Below are positions 20,545 through 32,272 of a DNA stretch of 64,000 nt, in pieces. The translations under genes and the position numbers were made by a program. Origin of the DNA: an uncultured Verrucomicrobiae bacterium (lineage in GTDB: Bacteria; Verrucomicrobiota; Verrucomicrobiia; Chthoniobacterales; Chthoniobacteraceae); assembly GCA_963769025.1 (NCBI GenBank), contig CAVYKI010000003.1, positions 928,001 to 992,000 of the forward strand. Reading direction: 5' to 3'. Below the pieces are notes generated by a model that was not told the origin of the DNA, made no database searches, and saw only the letters and a program-made list of their open reading frames with translations. How positions within the stretch are numbered: the stretch's first letter is position 1; every line of letters starts with the position of its first letter.

Positions 20545-21165
20545 ATGAAGCTCCCCCTCATCCTCCTGTTCGCGTGCAATGCGCTCGCGCTCGCCGCCGA
20601 GCGGCCGAACGGCTTCCTCGGCATCCAGTGGGGAGCCTCGCCCGAGGAGGCCAAGCGCGTGCTGCAAAAGCGGCCCGGCGTCGTGTTTCCCGGAAAATGC
20701 CGACGACTACCACATCGAGCTGACCGGCGGCACTTTTGCGGGTCAGCCGGTCGCAAAATGGGTGATCGAATTTCCCGAGCGCAAGTTCGCGCTCGGCAGT
20801 CGTCACGCTCAAGACCGAGGGCAACGCAGGCGAGCGTTTACAAGGAATTCCGCACCCAGCTCGTCTCGAAGTACGGCTCCCCGACGGTGGACAGGAAAAC
20901 CGGCGGCACCACCAGGACGAAAGCCCGCCAGCCGCAGGCCGCCGGCACCACGGCCATCTGGAAATTCACGCCGACGATGAAGGACAAGAGCCAGCGTGCT
21001 CATCTCCGCGGAACTGATCGGCGGAGACGCGAAAGGGGCGACGAAACGCAGGGCAGCGTCACCATCAAATACGTGAATGAAACGCTCACTGGAACCGCGG
21101 CGGTGGCCGCGGGAAAGGGCACGGCGAAGCCTTCGCTGCCGCCGGTGAAGAAGGAAGAACTCTGA
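20545..21165 (+). CDS. Secreted hypothetical protein (frameshifted)
   Basis: Signal peptide MKLPLILLFACNALALA followed by GFLGIQWG. Frame changes occur around 20690-20830. Confidence 0.6.
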   Translation: MKLPLILLFACNALALAAERPNGFLGIQWGASPEEAKRVLQKRPGVVFPGKCRRLPHRADRRHFCGSAGRKMGDRISRAQVRARQSSRSRPRATQASVYKEFRTQLVSKYGSPTVDRKTGGTTRTKARQPQAAGTTAIWKFTPTMKDKSQRAHLRGTDRRRRERGDETQGSVTIKYVNETLTGTAAVAAGKGTAKPSLPPVKKEEL

Positions 21166-21188
21166 GCCGGGGGCGAATCGCGGGGAGC

Positions 21189-21884
21189 ATGGGCACGCTC
21201 AAAATCAACGAACTGCCCGAGCAGGAGCGGCCCCGCGAAAAGCTCGCCGCGCAAGGCGCAGCCGCACTGTCTGACAGCGAACTGATCGCCATCCTGCTGC
21301 GGACCGGCATTCCCGGCGCAAACGCGGTGGACATCGGTCGGCAGCTCATCCTGCATTTCGGTTCACTCGCCGCGCTCTCCCGCGCGTCGCTGCCGGAGCT
21401 GGCAAAAATCAAGGGCGTCGGCCCCACGAAGGCCGTGCAGCTCGCCGCCGCATTCGGCCTCGCCTCGCGTCTCGCGCAGGAGGCCCTCGCCGGCGTCGCG
21501 CTCGACTCGCCGGGCAGGATTTTCGACCTGCTCGGCGCGGAGATGCGCCAGCTCGGCAAGGAAAGCCTCCGCGTCGTCCTGCTGGATGCGAAGCTGCGCC
21601 TCCTGCGCACCGAGCAGGTCTCGCTCGGCAGCCTGAACGAATGCCTCGCGCACCCTCGCGAAATCCTCCGCCCCGCCATCCTGCACAACGCGCATGCATT
21701 CATCCTCGTCCACAACCACCCGAGCGGCGATCCCTCGCCGAGCGACGCCGACCGGCGCGTCACGCTCCGCATGGCCGAGGCCGCGCGGATGTTGCAGGTG
21801 AATTTCTTCGACCACGTCATCATCGGCAGCCCGGCGCCGGGCCGCGTCCCGTACTTCAGTTTCCGCGAGGCGGGCATCATCTGA
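21189..21884 (+). CDS. radC: RadC (JAB domain) protein
   Basis: ERPREKL..GAAALSDSELIAILLRTG, a helix-hairpin-helix, HNHPSGDPSPSDAD and DHVIIG. Confidence 0.95.
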   Translation: MGTLKINELPEQERPREKLAAQGAAALSDSELIAILLRTGIPGANAVDIGRQLILHFGSLAALSRASLPELAKIKGVGPTKAVQLAAAFGLASRLAQEALAGVALDSPGRIFDLLGAEMRQLGKESLRVVLLDAKLRLLRTEQVSLGSLNECLAHPREILRPAILHNAHAFILVHNHPSGDPSPSDADRRVTLRMAEAARMLQVNFFDHVIIGSPAPGRVPYFSFREAGII

Positions 21885-21944
21885 GCTGGGTGCGGAAAGT
21901 GGAGGTTGGCATCGCGCCCGCGAAGCCCTAATCCACCGCGAGCC

Positions 21945-22763
21945 GTGAAGATTCACCCGACCGCAGCCATCCACCCGCAGGCCGTCCTCGGCACGGGCGC
22001 CACCGTGGGCCCGTTTGCCGTCATCGAGGAAGGCGCGCAGCTCGGCGAAGGCTGCATCGTCCACGCGCACGCGTTCATCGGCGGAAACGTGACTCTGGGA
22101 AAAAACTGCACCGTCGGCCACGGCACGGTGCTCGGCGGAGACCCGCAGGATTTTTCATTCAAGCCAGAGGTCCGCAGCCGCGTCACCGTCGGCGCCGGAA
22201 CCAAGATGCACGAATACGTCACCATCCATCGCGGCACGACCGATGGCAGCGAGACGGTGGTCGGTGAAGGCTGCTTCCTCATGGGCGGCGCACACCTCGG
22301 GCACAATGTCCGCGTCGGCAACCGCGTCATCATCGCAAACAACGCGCTGCTCGGCGGCCACGTGCAGGTCGGGGACGGCGTGTTCATCGGCGGCGGCAGC
22401 GTTTTTCACCAGCACATCCGCGTCGGGCGGCTCGCGATTTGCCAGGGCGCGTCCGGCTTCAGCAAAGACATCCCACCATTCGTCATCGCGGCGGATATCA
22501 ACGGCATCGCCGGGCTGAATGTCATCGGCCTGCGCCGTGCCGGCTTCGATGCAGCGGCGCGCGCGGAAATCAAACGCGCCTTCGACATGCTTTACCGCTC
22601 GGGGAAAAACGTCTCCCAGGCGCTCGCCACATCCCGCGATGCGGAATGGACCGAAGCCGGCAGGACATTCTGGGACTTCGCCGCCACGGCAAAAAAGCGC
22701 GGCCTCTGCGACTGGCTCGGCGGCCGGCGCGACGCTGGCGGCAGCCCCGCGGAGCCGGCCTAG
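21945..22763 (+). CDS. lpxA: Acyl-ACP--UDP-N-acetylglucosamine O-acyltransferase
   Basis: IHPTAAIHP, hexapeptide repeats, GGDPQD, TIHRGT, AHLGHN and [12 protein letters not shown]. Confidence 0.92.
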   Translation: MKIHPTAAIHPQAVLGTGATVGPFAVIEEGAQLGEGCIVHAHAFIGGNVTLGKNCTVGHGTVLGGDPQDFSFKPEVRSRVTVGAGTKMHEYVTIHRGTTDGSETVVGEGCFLMGGAHLGHNVRVGNRVIIANNALLGGHVQVGDGVFIGGGSVFHQHIRVGRLAICQGASGFSKDIPPFVIAADINGIAGLNVIGLRRAGFDAAARAEIKRAFDMLYRSGKNVSQALATSRDAEWTEAGRTFWDFAATAKKRGLCDWLGGRRDAGGSPAEPA

Positions 22764-22767
22764 GCCG

Positions 22768-23304
22768 TCACTCCATCCCGAGCTTCTCTTTCCCCGCCGC
22801 CGAGATCATCGACGGCGACCACGGCGGATCCCACACGACCTCGACATCCGCGCTCGCAACTCCCGGCAGCGTGATGATCCGCTGCCGCGCGTCGCCCGCG
22901 ATCGTCGGGCCCATGCCGCAGCCATGTGCGGTGAGCGTCATCTTCATCGCGATGCGCTTGCCCTTGCCCGACTCGTCGTCGGTGACGGCGACATCGTACA
23001 CGAGCCCGAGGTCCACGATGTTCACAGGGATCTCCGGGTCATAGACCTGCCTGAGCTGCTCCCACACGCGCTCGATTTCAAAGACGCCATCCGCCGCCTC
23101 GTGCTCGACGACCTCGCGGCCGATTGCATCCGCATCAGCTCCCTGAAGCCGGAAAAGCCCTCCGTGATCCGGCGCCATCACCGTGAAGGTGCCGCCGAGT
23201 TCCTGCGTGATCGCCACCTGCGTCCCCGCAGGCAGCAGCCTCGGCACGCCCTCGGGGATCTTGATCGCGGTGATGTCGCGCGTGAGTTCGATGTAGCCGT
23301 CCAT
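22768..23304 (-). CDS. sufT: Fe-S cluster assembly protein, SufT/DUF59 family
   Basis: VYDPEIPVNIVDLGLVY, MTLTAHGCGMGP and VVWDPPW. Confidence 0.9.
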   Translation of the reverse strand: MDGYIELTRDITAIKIPEGVPRLLPAGTQVAITQELGGTFTVMAPDHGGLFRLQGADADAIGREVVEHEAADGVFEIERVWEQLRQVYDPEIPVNIVDLGLVYDVAVTDDESGKGKRIAMKMTLTAHGCGMGPTIAGDARQRIITLPGVASADVEVVWDPPWSPSMISAAGKEKLGME

Positions 23305-23317
23305 GTGTGTGCGGAGG

Positions 23318-23956
23318 TTAGGCGAAGAGCACTTCCACGTCGCGGGACTTCTGCTCGATCAGCTCGGTCATCCGCTCGCGCGCCAGCGCGTAGTCGCTGC
23401 AAATCCCGTGGAGCATTTCGCCCGCCTCCTCAAATCGCCCGAGCTGCCGCAGCGCCTCGGCGCGGAAGAGGATGAACTCATGCTCCCCGTCCTTCAGCAG
23501 CTCCACGAGCTTCTCCAGATTTTCGATCGCCTCGGGGGTCTTCGGGTAGCGCCCCGTCCCCTGCTCCCGCCGGTGCTTGTCGTTCGCGCGCCACCACGCG
23601 AACACGCGCAGCTCGGTCTCCTGCTCGGGATGCACCGCCATGCCGGTTTTCAATGCCTCAAGGTAATCCTCCTCCCCCACCGGCTCCAGGTAGGGCAGCT
23701 TCTTCCACTCCTCCTGCTCGGGCGTGGCCGGCTGGGTTTCGTCGATCATCCCCACTGGCTCGCACTCGGCGGACCACATCAGCTTGCCGCAGCCCCGGCA
23801 GCGGGAAATGTTCGGCTGCGCGGGTGTCATCGGCATTTCCTGATAGCCGTCCGACCACGAAAGCGAACCCGTGGGGTCGGGAGTGGCCACCGTGAAAAGC
23901 CGCGCGAGCGTCTTGCAGTGGGGGCAGGCGAGGACGACATCTGGACCTTGGAGCAT
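23318..23956 (-). CDS. Hypothetical protein with two CxxC motifs and a TPR-like C-terminus (DUF2225-like)
   Basis: CPHC...WSDG...CRGC and RAEALRQLGRFEEA. Confidence 0.65.
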   Translation of the reverse strand: MLQGPDVVLACPHCKTLARLFTVATPDPTGSLSWSDGYQEMPMTPAQPNISRCRGCGKLMWSAECEPVGMIDETQPATPEQEEWKKLPYLEPVGEEDYLEALKTGMAVHPEQETELRVFAWWRANDKHRREQGTGRYPKTPEAIENLEKLVELLKDGEHEFILFRAEALRQLGRFEEAGEMLHGICSDYALARERMTELIEQKSRDVEVLFA

Positions 23957-24080
23957 GCCGGGAAACTGCGCGGTGCCCCGCCCCCGTGCAAGCAACACTT
24001 GGCCGAGTTCAGCCGCGCCCGCCCGCGTCTGGCAGCCTCCGTGATTGAATGTCCCGCGCCGCCGCGCAATCTCCGCGCGC

Positions 24081-25331
24081 ATGTTCCCCAAAATGATTTC
24101 GCTGTTCGGGCTGGCGGCATTTCTCGCATTCGCGTGGCTGCTCTCGAACAACCGCCGCCGCTTCCCGTGGCGCACGGTGCTCTCCGGCCTCGGACTGCAA
24201 CTCGTCGTCGCACTTTTGATCCTCAAGACCGGGGTGGGCCTCGCGGGCTTCGGAGCCGTGCAGGGAGCCGTGAAGCGCCTCGGTGATTTTTCCGATCAGG
24301 GCGCGGCCATGGCCTTCGGCCCGCTCGCCGATGGTGCAGTGCTCAAAAGCGCATTCGGCGAAGGCAACGCCTACGTCTTCGCCGTCTCGATCACCGCGAC
24401 CATCATCCTCGTCTCCGCGCTCTCGGCGCTGCTCTATCACTGGGGAATTCTCCAGCGCATCGTGCAGGCGATGGCTTGGGTGATGCAGCGCGTCATGGGC
24501 ACCAGCGGCAGCGAGAGCCTCGGCGCCGCGAGCAACATCTTCCTCGGCCAGACCGAGGCCGCTCTCCTCGTGAAGCCCTACATTCCGAAAATGACCGCGA
24601 GCGAACTCATGGCGCTCATGTCCGCCGGCATGGCGACCATCGCCACCGGCGTCATGGTCGTCTATCCGAAGCTCGGCCTCGACGCCGGCCACATCCTCAC
24701 CGCCTCCGTGCTCAGCGCGCCCGCCGCATTGCTCGTCTCGAAAATCATGTTCCCCGAGATGGACCGCAGCGAGACCGCCGCCGGCGCTCCGATGCGCGTC
24801 GCAAAGACCGACGCCAACAGCCTCGATTCCCTCTGCCGCGGGACGAGTGAAGGCGTGATGCTCGCCATCAACGTCATGGGCATGCTCATCGCCTTCGTCG
24901 CCATCGTCGCGCTGGCCAATGCCGTCTTCGGCGGCGTGCAGGGCTGGCTCGGCGTCGCGCCGGAAAACCAATTCACCCTCCAGACGCTCCTCGGCCATCT
25001 GAACGCCCCGTTCGCATGGCTCATGGGCGTGCCGTGGAAGGACTGCACCATCGTCGGCCAGGCGCTCGGCGAGCGCATCGTGCTGAATGAATTCATCGGC
25101 TACATCTCCCTCTCGAAAAACATCGCCACGCTCGACCCTCGCTCCGTCACCATCGCCACCTACGCGCTCTGCGGCTTCGCAAATTTCGCCAGCATCGCCA
25201 TCCAGATCGGCGGCATCGGAGCCATGGCCCCCACCCGCCGCCACGACCTCGCGCGCCTCGGCCTCCGCGCCATGATCGCCGGCCTGCTCGCCTGCTACAT
25301 CACCGCGACCGTGGCGGGGATTTTGATCTAG
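24081..25331 (+). CDS. nupC: CNT-family nucleoside transporter
   Basis: NIFLGQTEA, GMATIA, NEFIGY and YALCGFANFASIAIQIGG. Confidence 0.93.
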   Translation: MFPKMISLFGLAAFLAFAWLLSNNRRRFPWRTVLSGLGLQLVVALLILKTGVGLAGFGAVQGAVKRLGDFSDQGAAMAFGPLADGAVLKSAFGEGNAYVFAVSITATIILVSALSALLYHWGILQRIVQAMAWVMQRVMGTSGSESLGAASNIFLGQTEAALLVKPYIPKMTASELMALMSAGMATIATGVMVVYPKLGLDAGHILTASVLSAPAALLVSKIMFPEMDRSETAAGAPMRVAKTDANSLDSLCRGTSEGVMLAINVMGMLIAFVAIVALANAVFGGVQGWLGVAPENQFTLQTLLGHLNAPFAWLMGVPWKDCTIVGQALGERIVLNEFIGYISLSKNIATLDPRSVTIATYALCGFANFASIAIQIGGIGAMAPTRRHDLARLGLRAMIAGLLACYITATVAGILI

Positions 25332-25338
25332 GCGGCGC

Positions 25339-26391
25339 TCACGCAGCCCCGTCCGGCGCGGGTGGCTGCGGAAAGCGCCCGAGCGGTGCGACGAGGTTGC
25401 CCGGAAGTGGCCAGACCTTTTCCTGGATGCGCGCGGCGAGGTGCTTCGAGGTCGCGTAGGCGGCGTGCATCATCTCCATTTTTGCGTCGAGATTGTCCAC
25501 ATAGTGCAGCGCCCACGCCTCGGGAGTCTTTGGCACGACGGGGCTGCCGAATTGCAGTTCGCCGTGGTGGCTCGCGAGCAGGTGCAGCAGGTGCATCCGC
25601 ACGTCTTCGCACGCGGGATCGAGCGGCAGCCAGCCGGCCCACTCGGGAGCCTGCTGGAGTTTGCGCCAGAGGGTGTTCACGAGTTCGATACCGATGGTGA
25701 TGTGGCCGAGCAGTTCGCCGCGTTCGTCGAAGGGCATCGTGAACCCTTCGGCGGGCATCTGGTTTTCCCAGAGCTTTCCGCAGTCGTGGAAAAGCACGCC
25801 GGCGGCGAGCAGGTCGCGGTTCAGCGCGGGATAGGCGGATGCGATCGCCATCGCCGAGCGCATCATCTGCGCGACGTGCTCGACGAGGCCGCCGCGGCGC
25901 GCGTGGTGGTTGTTGCGCGCGGCGGCGGCACGGCGGAAGCGGCTGCCGAATTCCGCGAAGAACAGCCCGCACAGCGCCGCCAGGCGCGGGTCGGCGAGGG
26001 CGCGCGTGGTGTCCTCGAGGTATGCAAAGTCGGCGGCCTGCTTGCCGCGGAGCTCGGCGGGGCCCTCCAGCAGCGCGGCCAGTTCCTCCGGCGTGAGTTC
26101 GCGGACGGTCCAGCCCTTTGCATCCATGCCAAAGCCGGGGCTGGCCGCAAACTCGCCCGCGATTTCGACGAACATCCCGTGCCGGGCGTTTTCGCAGAAC
26201 TCAAACGCCGGCGCATCGCTCCATGCGCGCAGCGTGAGCCGCCCCGTGGCATCGGCAAAAATCGCGGTGTAGAACGGCTTGCCCTCGCGGGTGTCCTTGC
26301 GGTGGAGCGACTCGATCTGCGCATGCACGCAGGCCTCGATCCGGTTGTTGGCGGCGGCGTGCTTGAGCTGGCCGATTGGCAGGAGGTCCAT
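25339..26391 (-). CDS. yhaM: YhaM-family 3'-5' exoribonuclease (OB fold plus HD domain)
   Basis: N-terminal OB fold, AAA..NHHA..GGLVEH, HDCGK, GHI, SHHG.L.FGSP and YVDNLDAK. Confidence 0.88.
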   Translation of the reverse strand: MDLLPIGQLKHAAANNRIEACVHAQIESLHRKDTREGKPFYTAIFADATGRLTLRAWSDAPAFEFCENARHGMFVEIAGEFAASPGFGMDAKGWTVRELTPEELAALLEGPAELRGKQAADFAYLEDTTRALADPRLAALCGLFFAEFGSRFRRAAAARNNHHARRGGLVEHVAQMMRSAMAIASAYPALNRDLLAAGVLFHDCGKLWENQMPAEGFTMPFDERGELLGHITIGIELVNTLWRKLQQAPEWAGWLPLDPACEDVRMHLLHLLASHHGELQFGSPVVPKTPEAWALHYVDNLDAKMEMMHAAYATSKHLAARIQEKVWPLPGNLVAPLGRFPQPPAPDGAA

Positions 26392-26548
26392 GGGTGTTTG
26401 ATCGAGCGCGGGGACGCTGCCTGTCGAGCAGGAAAGCGCGTGCCGGACGCGCGCACCGTTGCGGTGCTTGGCGGCGTAAGGCGTGGCCGAAAGCCTTTGC
26501 AAAGCCCCGTGCGCAGACTAGGGATGTCCGCCCGTTTCCCCCGGCGCC

Positions 26549-27190
26549 ATGCAGTCCCCCGCCCATTCCAAGTTTCATGCTTCCCGCGCGTCGGGTTTCA
26601 GCCTCGTGGAGATCTCGCTTGCCCTTGCGATCGTCGCGATCGCGCTGATCGCGCTGGTGGGGATGCTGCCTTCCGGGATGAGCAATTTCCGGGCGGCGAT
26701 GGACGCGCAGACGGCGGGCGAAATTTTCCAGCGGGTGATCGCCGACGCGCAGGAGACGGACTTTGACACGCTGCTCGCGAGCAAGGTGGAGACGGGCGGG
26801 ACGGGCGGGCAATTCTACCGGCTCGCGCTGCGGCATTTCGACGAGCAGGGCACCGAGGTGAAAGTTGCAAATCCGGATGCTCCGACGGCCACCGAGGCCA
26901 AAACGATCCTCTACGCGGCCCGCGTGCGCGGGACGATGCCGGGCGATCCGGATCCGCGGAATCACTCGGACAGTTTTGCCACCTCGCTGCCGGGTGTTGC
27001 GGCGCCGCGTTTCAACCCGCGGGATCTCACGTTCCTGACCGTCCAGATCGCCATCACCGCCGGCTCACGCCAGATCGCGCCGCTGGTGGATCCGGCAAGT
27101 TTCCTCATCAGCCCGACGCTCGCCGCGAAGTCCGCGATGTCGGTGCGCACGTACGCGGCCATCGTTGCGCGGAACGGATACCGCCGGTAG
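26549..27190 (+). CDS. Verru_Chthon cassette protein B (pilin-like)
   Basis: Prepilin site GFSLVEISLALAIV, GMLPSGM and FDEQG. Confidence 0.85.
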   Translation: MQSPAHSKFHASRASGFSLVEISLALAIVAIALIALVGMLPSGMSNFRAAMDAQTAGEIFQRVIADAQETDFDTLLASKVETGGTGGQFYRLALRHFDEQGTEVKVANPDAPTATEAKTILYAARVRGTMPGDPDPRNHSDSFATSLPGVAAPRFNPRDLTFLTVQIAITAGSRQIAPLVDPASFLISPTLAAKSAMSVRTYAAIVARNGYRR

Positions 27191-27192
27191 CC

Positions 27193-28239
27193 ATGCGATC
27201 CTCCGGACGGAAAAACACCGCCGCTTTCACGCTCGTCGAGGTGCTCGTCGCCGCGGCGATCCTCGTGGCGATGGTCGGCTTTCTTCTCACCGTCATGGAC
27301 CAGACGGCGCGGATCTGGTCGAGCACCTCGGCGAAGGTGGAGCAGTTCCGCGAGGCGCGGAATGCTTTCGAGCGCGTGAGCAGCCGGCTCGCGCAGGCGA
27401 CGTTGAACACGTACTGGGACTACGACAATGCGACGGCACCGACGCGTTACGAACGCCGGAGCGAACTGCGTTTCATCGCCGACAACGCGGCGACGCTCCT
27501 CGGAACCAGCGGGACCACGAGACGGATGACGCATGCCGTTTTTTTCAACGCGCCGATGGGTCTCGCCGCGACCGACGGCAACCGCGGGCTCTCGAACGCC
27601 CTGAATGCGCTCGGCTTTTTCGTGGAATTTGGCGACGACACCTCGCAGCGCCCGAGCTTCATCACGCCCGACATGATCGGTCCGCGCTGGCGCTTCCGGC
27701 TCATGGAGTTTTCGCAACCGACGGAGAAGTTCAGCCTCTACCAGTTCACGAATGGCAACCCGGGGGTGAAGACGACCGCGTGGTTCACGGGCGACGTGAA
27801 CAGCACGGCCTCCTCGGGGATGAAGCGGGTCGTCGGGGAGAATGTGATCGCGTTCATCCTCACACCGCGCCTCGCGAAGGCCGAGGAGACGCCGCTCCAG
27901 ACCAATGCCACCCACTCGCCGCTCGCGCCGGCCTACAGCTACGACTCGACGAACACGAGTTCCAAACCGCAGCTCAACCCGAGGAACCAGCTCCCGCCGG
28001 TGATGCAGCTCACGATGGTCGCCATCGATGAGAAATCAGCGGAGAGGCTCGACCTCGACTCCGCCAAGTCGGACGTGTTCGGAATCGTGAGCTCCAACCT
28101 TTTCAAGAACACGGCGAACTTCACCGCCGATCTCGCGACACTCGAGACGACGCTCGCACAGACGAAGGTGCGCTACCGGATTTTCACCACGAACGTCCAC
28201 ATCCGCGCCGCGAAATGGAGCCGGGAACAGGCCAACTGA
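27193..28239 (+). CDS. Verru_Chthon cassette protein C (pilin-like)
   Basis: AFTLVEVLV, QATLNTYWDY, RRSELRF, NQLPPVMQLTMVAIDE and a C-terminal AKWS. Confidence 0.88.
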   Translation: MRSSGRKNTAAFTLVEVLVAAAILVAMVGFLLTVMDQTARIWSSTSAKVEQFREARNAFERVSSRLAQATLNTYWDYDNATAPTRYERRSELRFIADNAATLLGTSGTTRRMTHAVFFNAPMGLAATDGNRGLSNALNALGFFVEFGDDTSQRPSFITPDMIGPRWRFRLMEFSQPTEKFSLYQFTNGNPGVKTTAWFTGDVNSTASSGMKRVVGENVIAFILTPRLAKAEETPLQTNATHSPLAPAYSYDSTNTSSKPQLNPRNQLPPVMQLTMVAIDEKSAERLDLDSAKSDVFGIVSSNLFKNTANFTADLATLETTLAQTKVRYRIFTTNVHIRAAKWSREQAN

Positions 28240-31200
28240 ACGCGACCGCTTTTTCAGGAGGGCACCGGCGACGGGCCATCGCGCTCGTGCTCGTCCTCAG
28301 CTTCGTCGTGCTGATCGCGGCGGCCATCGTCGGATTCTTCGCCAGTGCCACCTCCGCACGACGCGAGTCCGCAGGCTACGCATCGGGCATCGCCGTGAAG
28401 CAGCTCACGGACATCGTGACGAATATCGTGATGGGCCAGATTTCCGACGGCACGAGGAGTTGGGAAATCCCGCCAGCCTCACCGGCCGCGAAAGGCGGCG
28501 GCGCGCGGCTCACGTATTCGACGCAGCCGGGGCTCATCCGCACCTACGACGACGCCGGGGGACGCGGGCGGATCTTCAAATTGTACTCGTCGGATACAAT
28601 GGTCACCAGTCCCGGCGGTGCGTGGAGCGTGAGCGCCCAACTCGCGAACGAGGTGCCCGCGGACTGGCCGGGCCAGCCCGCGATTTTCACCGACCTGAAC
28701 CAGCCCGTGCTCGTCGAGAATCCGCTCGGCAAAATCAAGCCCGCGGGTTCGACGCGATCGTTTTCCGCAGCGTACCCGATTTTGGATCCGCTCGCGTTCA
28801 TTCCGAGCGCCGGGACCAGTGCGGGTGTCCAGGGATTCGATTTGCGCGGCATCCCGGCTTACAAAGGCGGCAGCGGGCAGCCTCCGATCAGCGAATCGGA
28901 CGACCCGACGGCGGGGGCCGCGACCGGCCTGACGAGCAACCCGGCGCCCATGCCGGTGCGGTGGATCTACGTCCTGCAGGATGGCACGCTGACGGTGCCC
29001 CCTTCCGTCACCGGGACCACGCTGAGCGCCGACTGGTCGGCCCTGCCGGCGGACAGTCCGCAGCGGCCCACGAAGGCCAACCCGATCACCGGCCGCATCG
29101 CATTCTGGACGGACGACGAGACGTGCAAGCTCAACGTGAACACCTCCGGCGAGCCGACGCCGTGGGACACGCCGCGCGCGATCACTTTTCAGGATCTGAA
29201 CTACGGGCGCTTCCAGCCGGCGCAAAAGGAATTCCAGCGCTTCCCGGGACACCCGTTCAGCACGGCGCTGAGCCCGGTGTTCTTCCCGGGCACCGCGCTC
29301 ACGGCGGCGCAAAAGGAGGACATTTACCGGATCATCCCGCGTCTCGGCACGGGCGGCACGCTCGCAGCCACGCGCGCGATCCCGGCGGGTGCCACTTCCG
29401 GCGACCCCTCGGCCATCAATCTCGATTCGGACCGTCTCTATGCGAGCGTTGACGAGTTTCTTTTCGCACCGCCGGCATCGGGCGCGGCCGCTCGTCCGGA
29501 GAATCCGCCGAAGGATCCGGCTGGCACGCCCTCCACGCTCCCGCAGTTCAAGGAGCGCCTGAAACGTGCGCGCTTTTTTCTCACCGCCAGCAGTCGCGCG
29601 CCGGAGGTGACGCTCTTTGGTACACCGCGGATCAGCCTCTGGCCCGTGCCGATGAATTCCACACTGCGGACCACTTTCGACAGCCTCGCGGCATTCTGCT
29701 CGACGGTGGGACCGGGCGGCACGGCGCTGCCGTTCCATTTTCAGCGCACGGATTCCACGAAGCCCAGGCCGGACTACGACAACATCCCGCGCAACCAGAC
29801 GCTCTACAAATACCTCCAGACCGTCACCGCGCAGCCGGTGCCGGGATACGGCGGAAATTTCAAACAGAAGTGGGGCGATGATCGCGATCAGGTGCTCACG
29901 GAAATTTTTGACTATATCCGGAGCACGAACCTGCGCGACCCGGTGCTCGTGCAGCAGGGCAAGGCGCGCTTCGCGGATAACGGCCAAGTCTCGCCGATCC
30001 AAATCGGCGACACGCAGGGGTTCGGGCGGCTCTTCACCATCTCGCAGGCCGGGATGCACTTCATCTGCAGCCAGGAATCGGACGCCGGAATCCTTAACGG
30101 CAATGCCACCCCGAACGACAAGCTGGGCGCCGGCGAGCGCATCGTGAACACCTCATTCCTGTTCGAGCCGTGGTCGCCCTCGCTCGGATTTTATATGATT
30201 TTTGAAAGGCTGTTCTTCGATGTGCAGTTCGGCACATCGGGATTCACGGTCGATGGGGAGCCGCTGAAAATGCGCGCGGGCGGCAAGGCGCTGAGCAACA
30301 CCATCGGCTCGGGCTGGCACAATAACGGACGGGAGCACGGCGGTTCCGGCGGCCTGCGCGGGCCGATGCAGGCCTTCGGCGGCGGCGGCTACCAGTGGAT
30401 CAGCCAGGCGCAGGCGACGCTGCCGGATGGCAAGACGAAGGTCACGGGAATCAAGGTGACCGGGGACACGTTCAAGTTCGTGGGCGGCGACGTGACGATC
30501 AAAATTTACTCCACCAACAGCGCGGACGCGGCCTCGCTCGTCCAGACGCTCACGCTCCGCATTCCGGACGGGACCTTCCCCGTGCCGAAATTGGTGCGGA
30601 CTGGAACGGTCCGCATACCGCGGAGGCAGTCGCGACCCAGACTGAAACGTGGTGGACCTTTGGCGGCTTCACGCCGGCCGGCAAGGCGGCAGTCTCCGGT
30701 CGCTACAGCAATCTCGGCCAGGTCCCGCATGCTCCGGGGACGGAGTACGCTGACCCCAAGCGACGCTGGGCGAACAGCGGCGGCGCACCGGGATTCAAGA
30801 TTGGCGGAATTTTCCGCGACGAGGATGTCGTGCGGACGATCGTGCCCGACCACGGCGACATCCGCCTCATCGCTGCGAAACGCACCGTTCCGGCGACGGA
30901 CTTTGTGAAAGTGCGCGACACCGAGTGGAACAGCACCAGCGATCGCATGGTGCACATTTTCACATCGTCCGCGGGCTCGCACTTTCTCTACGGTTTTGCG
31001 AATGAACCCGGAGATCGCCCGGGCGGCGCGGACCGCGCGAATCCCTCCGGCGGCACGCTGGGCGGCATCCCGGCCGCGGCGGCGGACGACCAGCTCACCG
31101 CTTCCGCGCTCGTGAAGTATCACTACTCCCGCCTGCCTGAAATCCGGCCCGGCGCGGGGAAGATTTACAATCGTTGGAACGACTACGACAATGGCGTCTC

Positions 31201-32266
31201 CACCTGGAGCGACGGCTCGTACATCAACAAGCCCGACGAAGGGAACTTCACCTCCACGAATTCGCCCTTCACGTACTACGCATGGAACACGGCGGCGGAT
31301 TCGGCCGGCACATTTTTCTCGCCGAACCGCCTGATCCCCTCCGCCGGCATGCTCGGCTCGCTCCCCACTGGCGTGAAGCGCAACCGCCCGTGGGAAACGC
31401 TCCTCTTCCGGCCGGAAACGCGGACCAGCAGCGGCAGCCCGCATCCGGGAACGCTCGCGCCGCGCGACCACCTCATCATGGATCTTTTCTGGATGCCCAT
31501 CGGCGAGCCCTACCCGATCAGCGAGCCCTTCTCCACGGCGGGGAAGGTGAACCTCAACTACGAGATCGCGCCGTTCAGCTACATCCGCCGCACCACGGCG
31601 CTTCATGGCGTGATGAAAGCCGAGGAACCGCTCGTCCTGCCGAACGAAGCCGCAACCATTTACAAACTCTGGGATCACGAGACGAACGATCATCCATTCC
31701 TGCTGCCGAGCAACGGGTCGAACCCGGTTGCGGATCCGACGGTGAAGGCGGACTGGACCAAGGCCTACAACAAGCAGGCTCCCTTCGACCGCTTGCGCCG
31801 ATCGATCGACGTGGAGAAGACGCTCGCGCAGGCGGACACCCGTTTCGCGAAGGGCGACGCCTTCCGCTCCGCGACGGAAATTTGCGAGCTTCATCTCGTC
31901 CGCGACGGCGAAAGCCTTTCCGACTATCAGAGCGGTGCGGTTTTTCAAAAGGCGCTCATCACCGGCGACAACACCCGCGAACGTCCGTACGCGAATCTCT
32001 ACGCGAAGCTCACCACCAAATCGAACACCTTCAACGTCCACATGCGCGTGCAGCTCCTGCGCAAACACGCCAGCGCCGACACCAATCACGCCGTGTGGAA
32101 CGAAGACCTCGACGCCGTCGTCGCCGAGCATCGCGGCTCGGCGCTCATCGAACGCTACGTGGACGCGTCGGACCCGAACCTCCCGGATTTCGCCACGAAA
32201 ACGGATGCAACACTGGACAACTACGCTAGGTTTCGCATCGTCAGCATCAACAAGTTTGCCCCCTGA
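28215..32266 (+). CDS. Verru_Chthon cassette protein A (large, about 1350 aa, frameshift near 30610)
   Basis: IALVLVLSFVVL, MPVRWIYV, GRIAFWTDDETCKLNVNT, NKPDEGN, GSLPTG..RPWETLLF, GDNTRERPY and RGSALIERY. Confidence 0.85.
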
Positions 32267-32272
32267 ACGAAC

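Noticed and set aside
21189..21884. radC as a marker of a mobile or anti-defence element
   Set aside because: This is the full-length chromosomal form with the N-terminal helix-hairpin-helix region, set among housekeeping genes.
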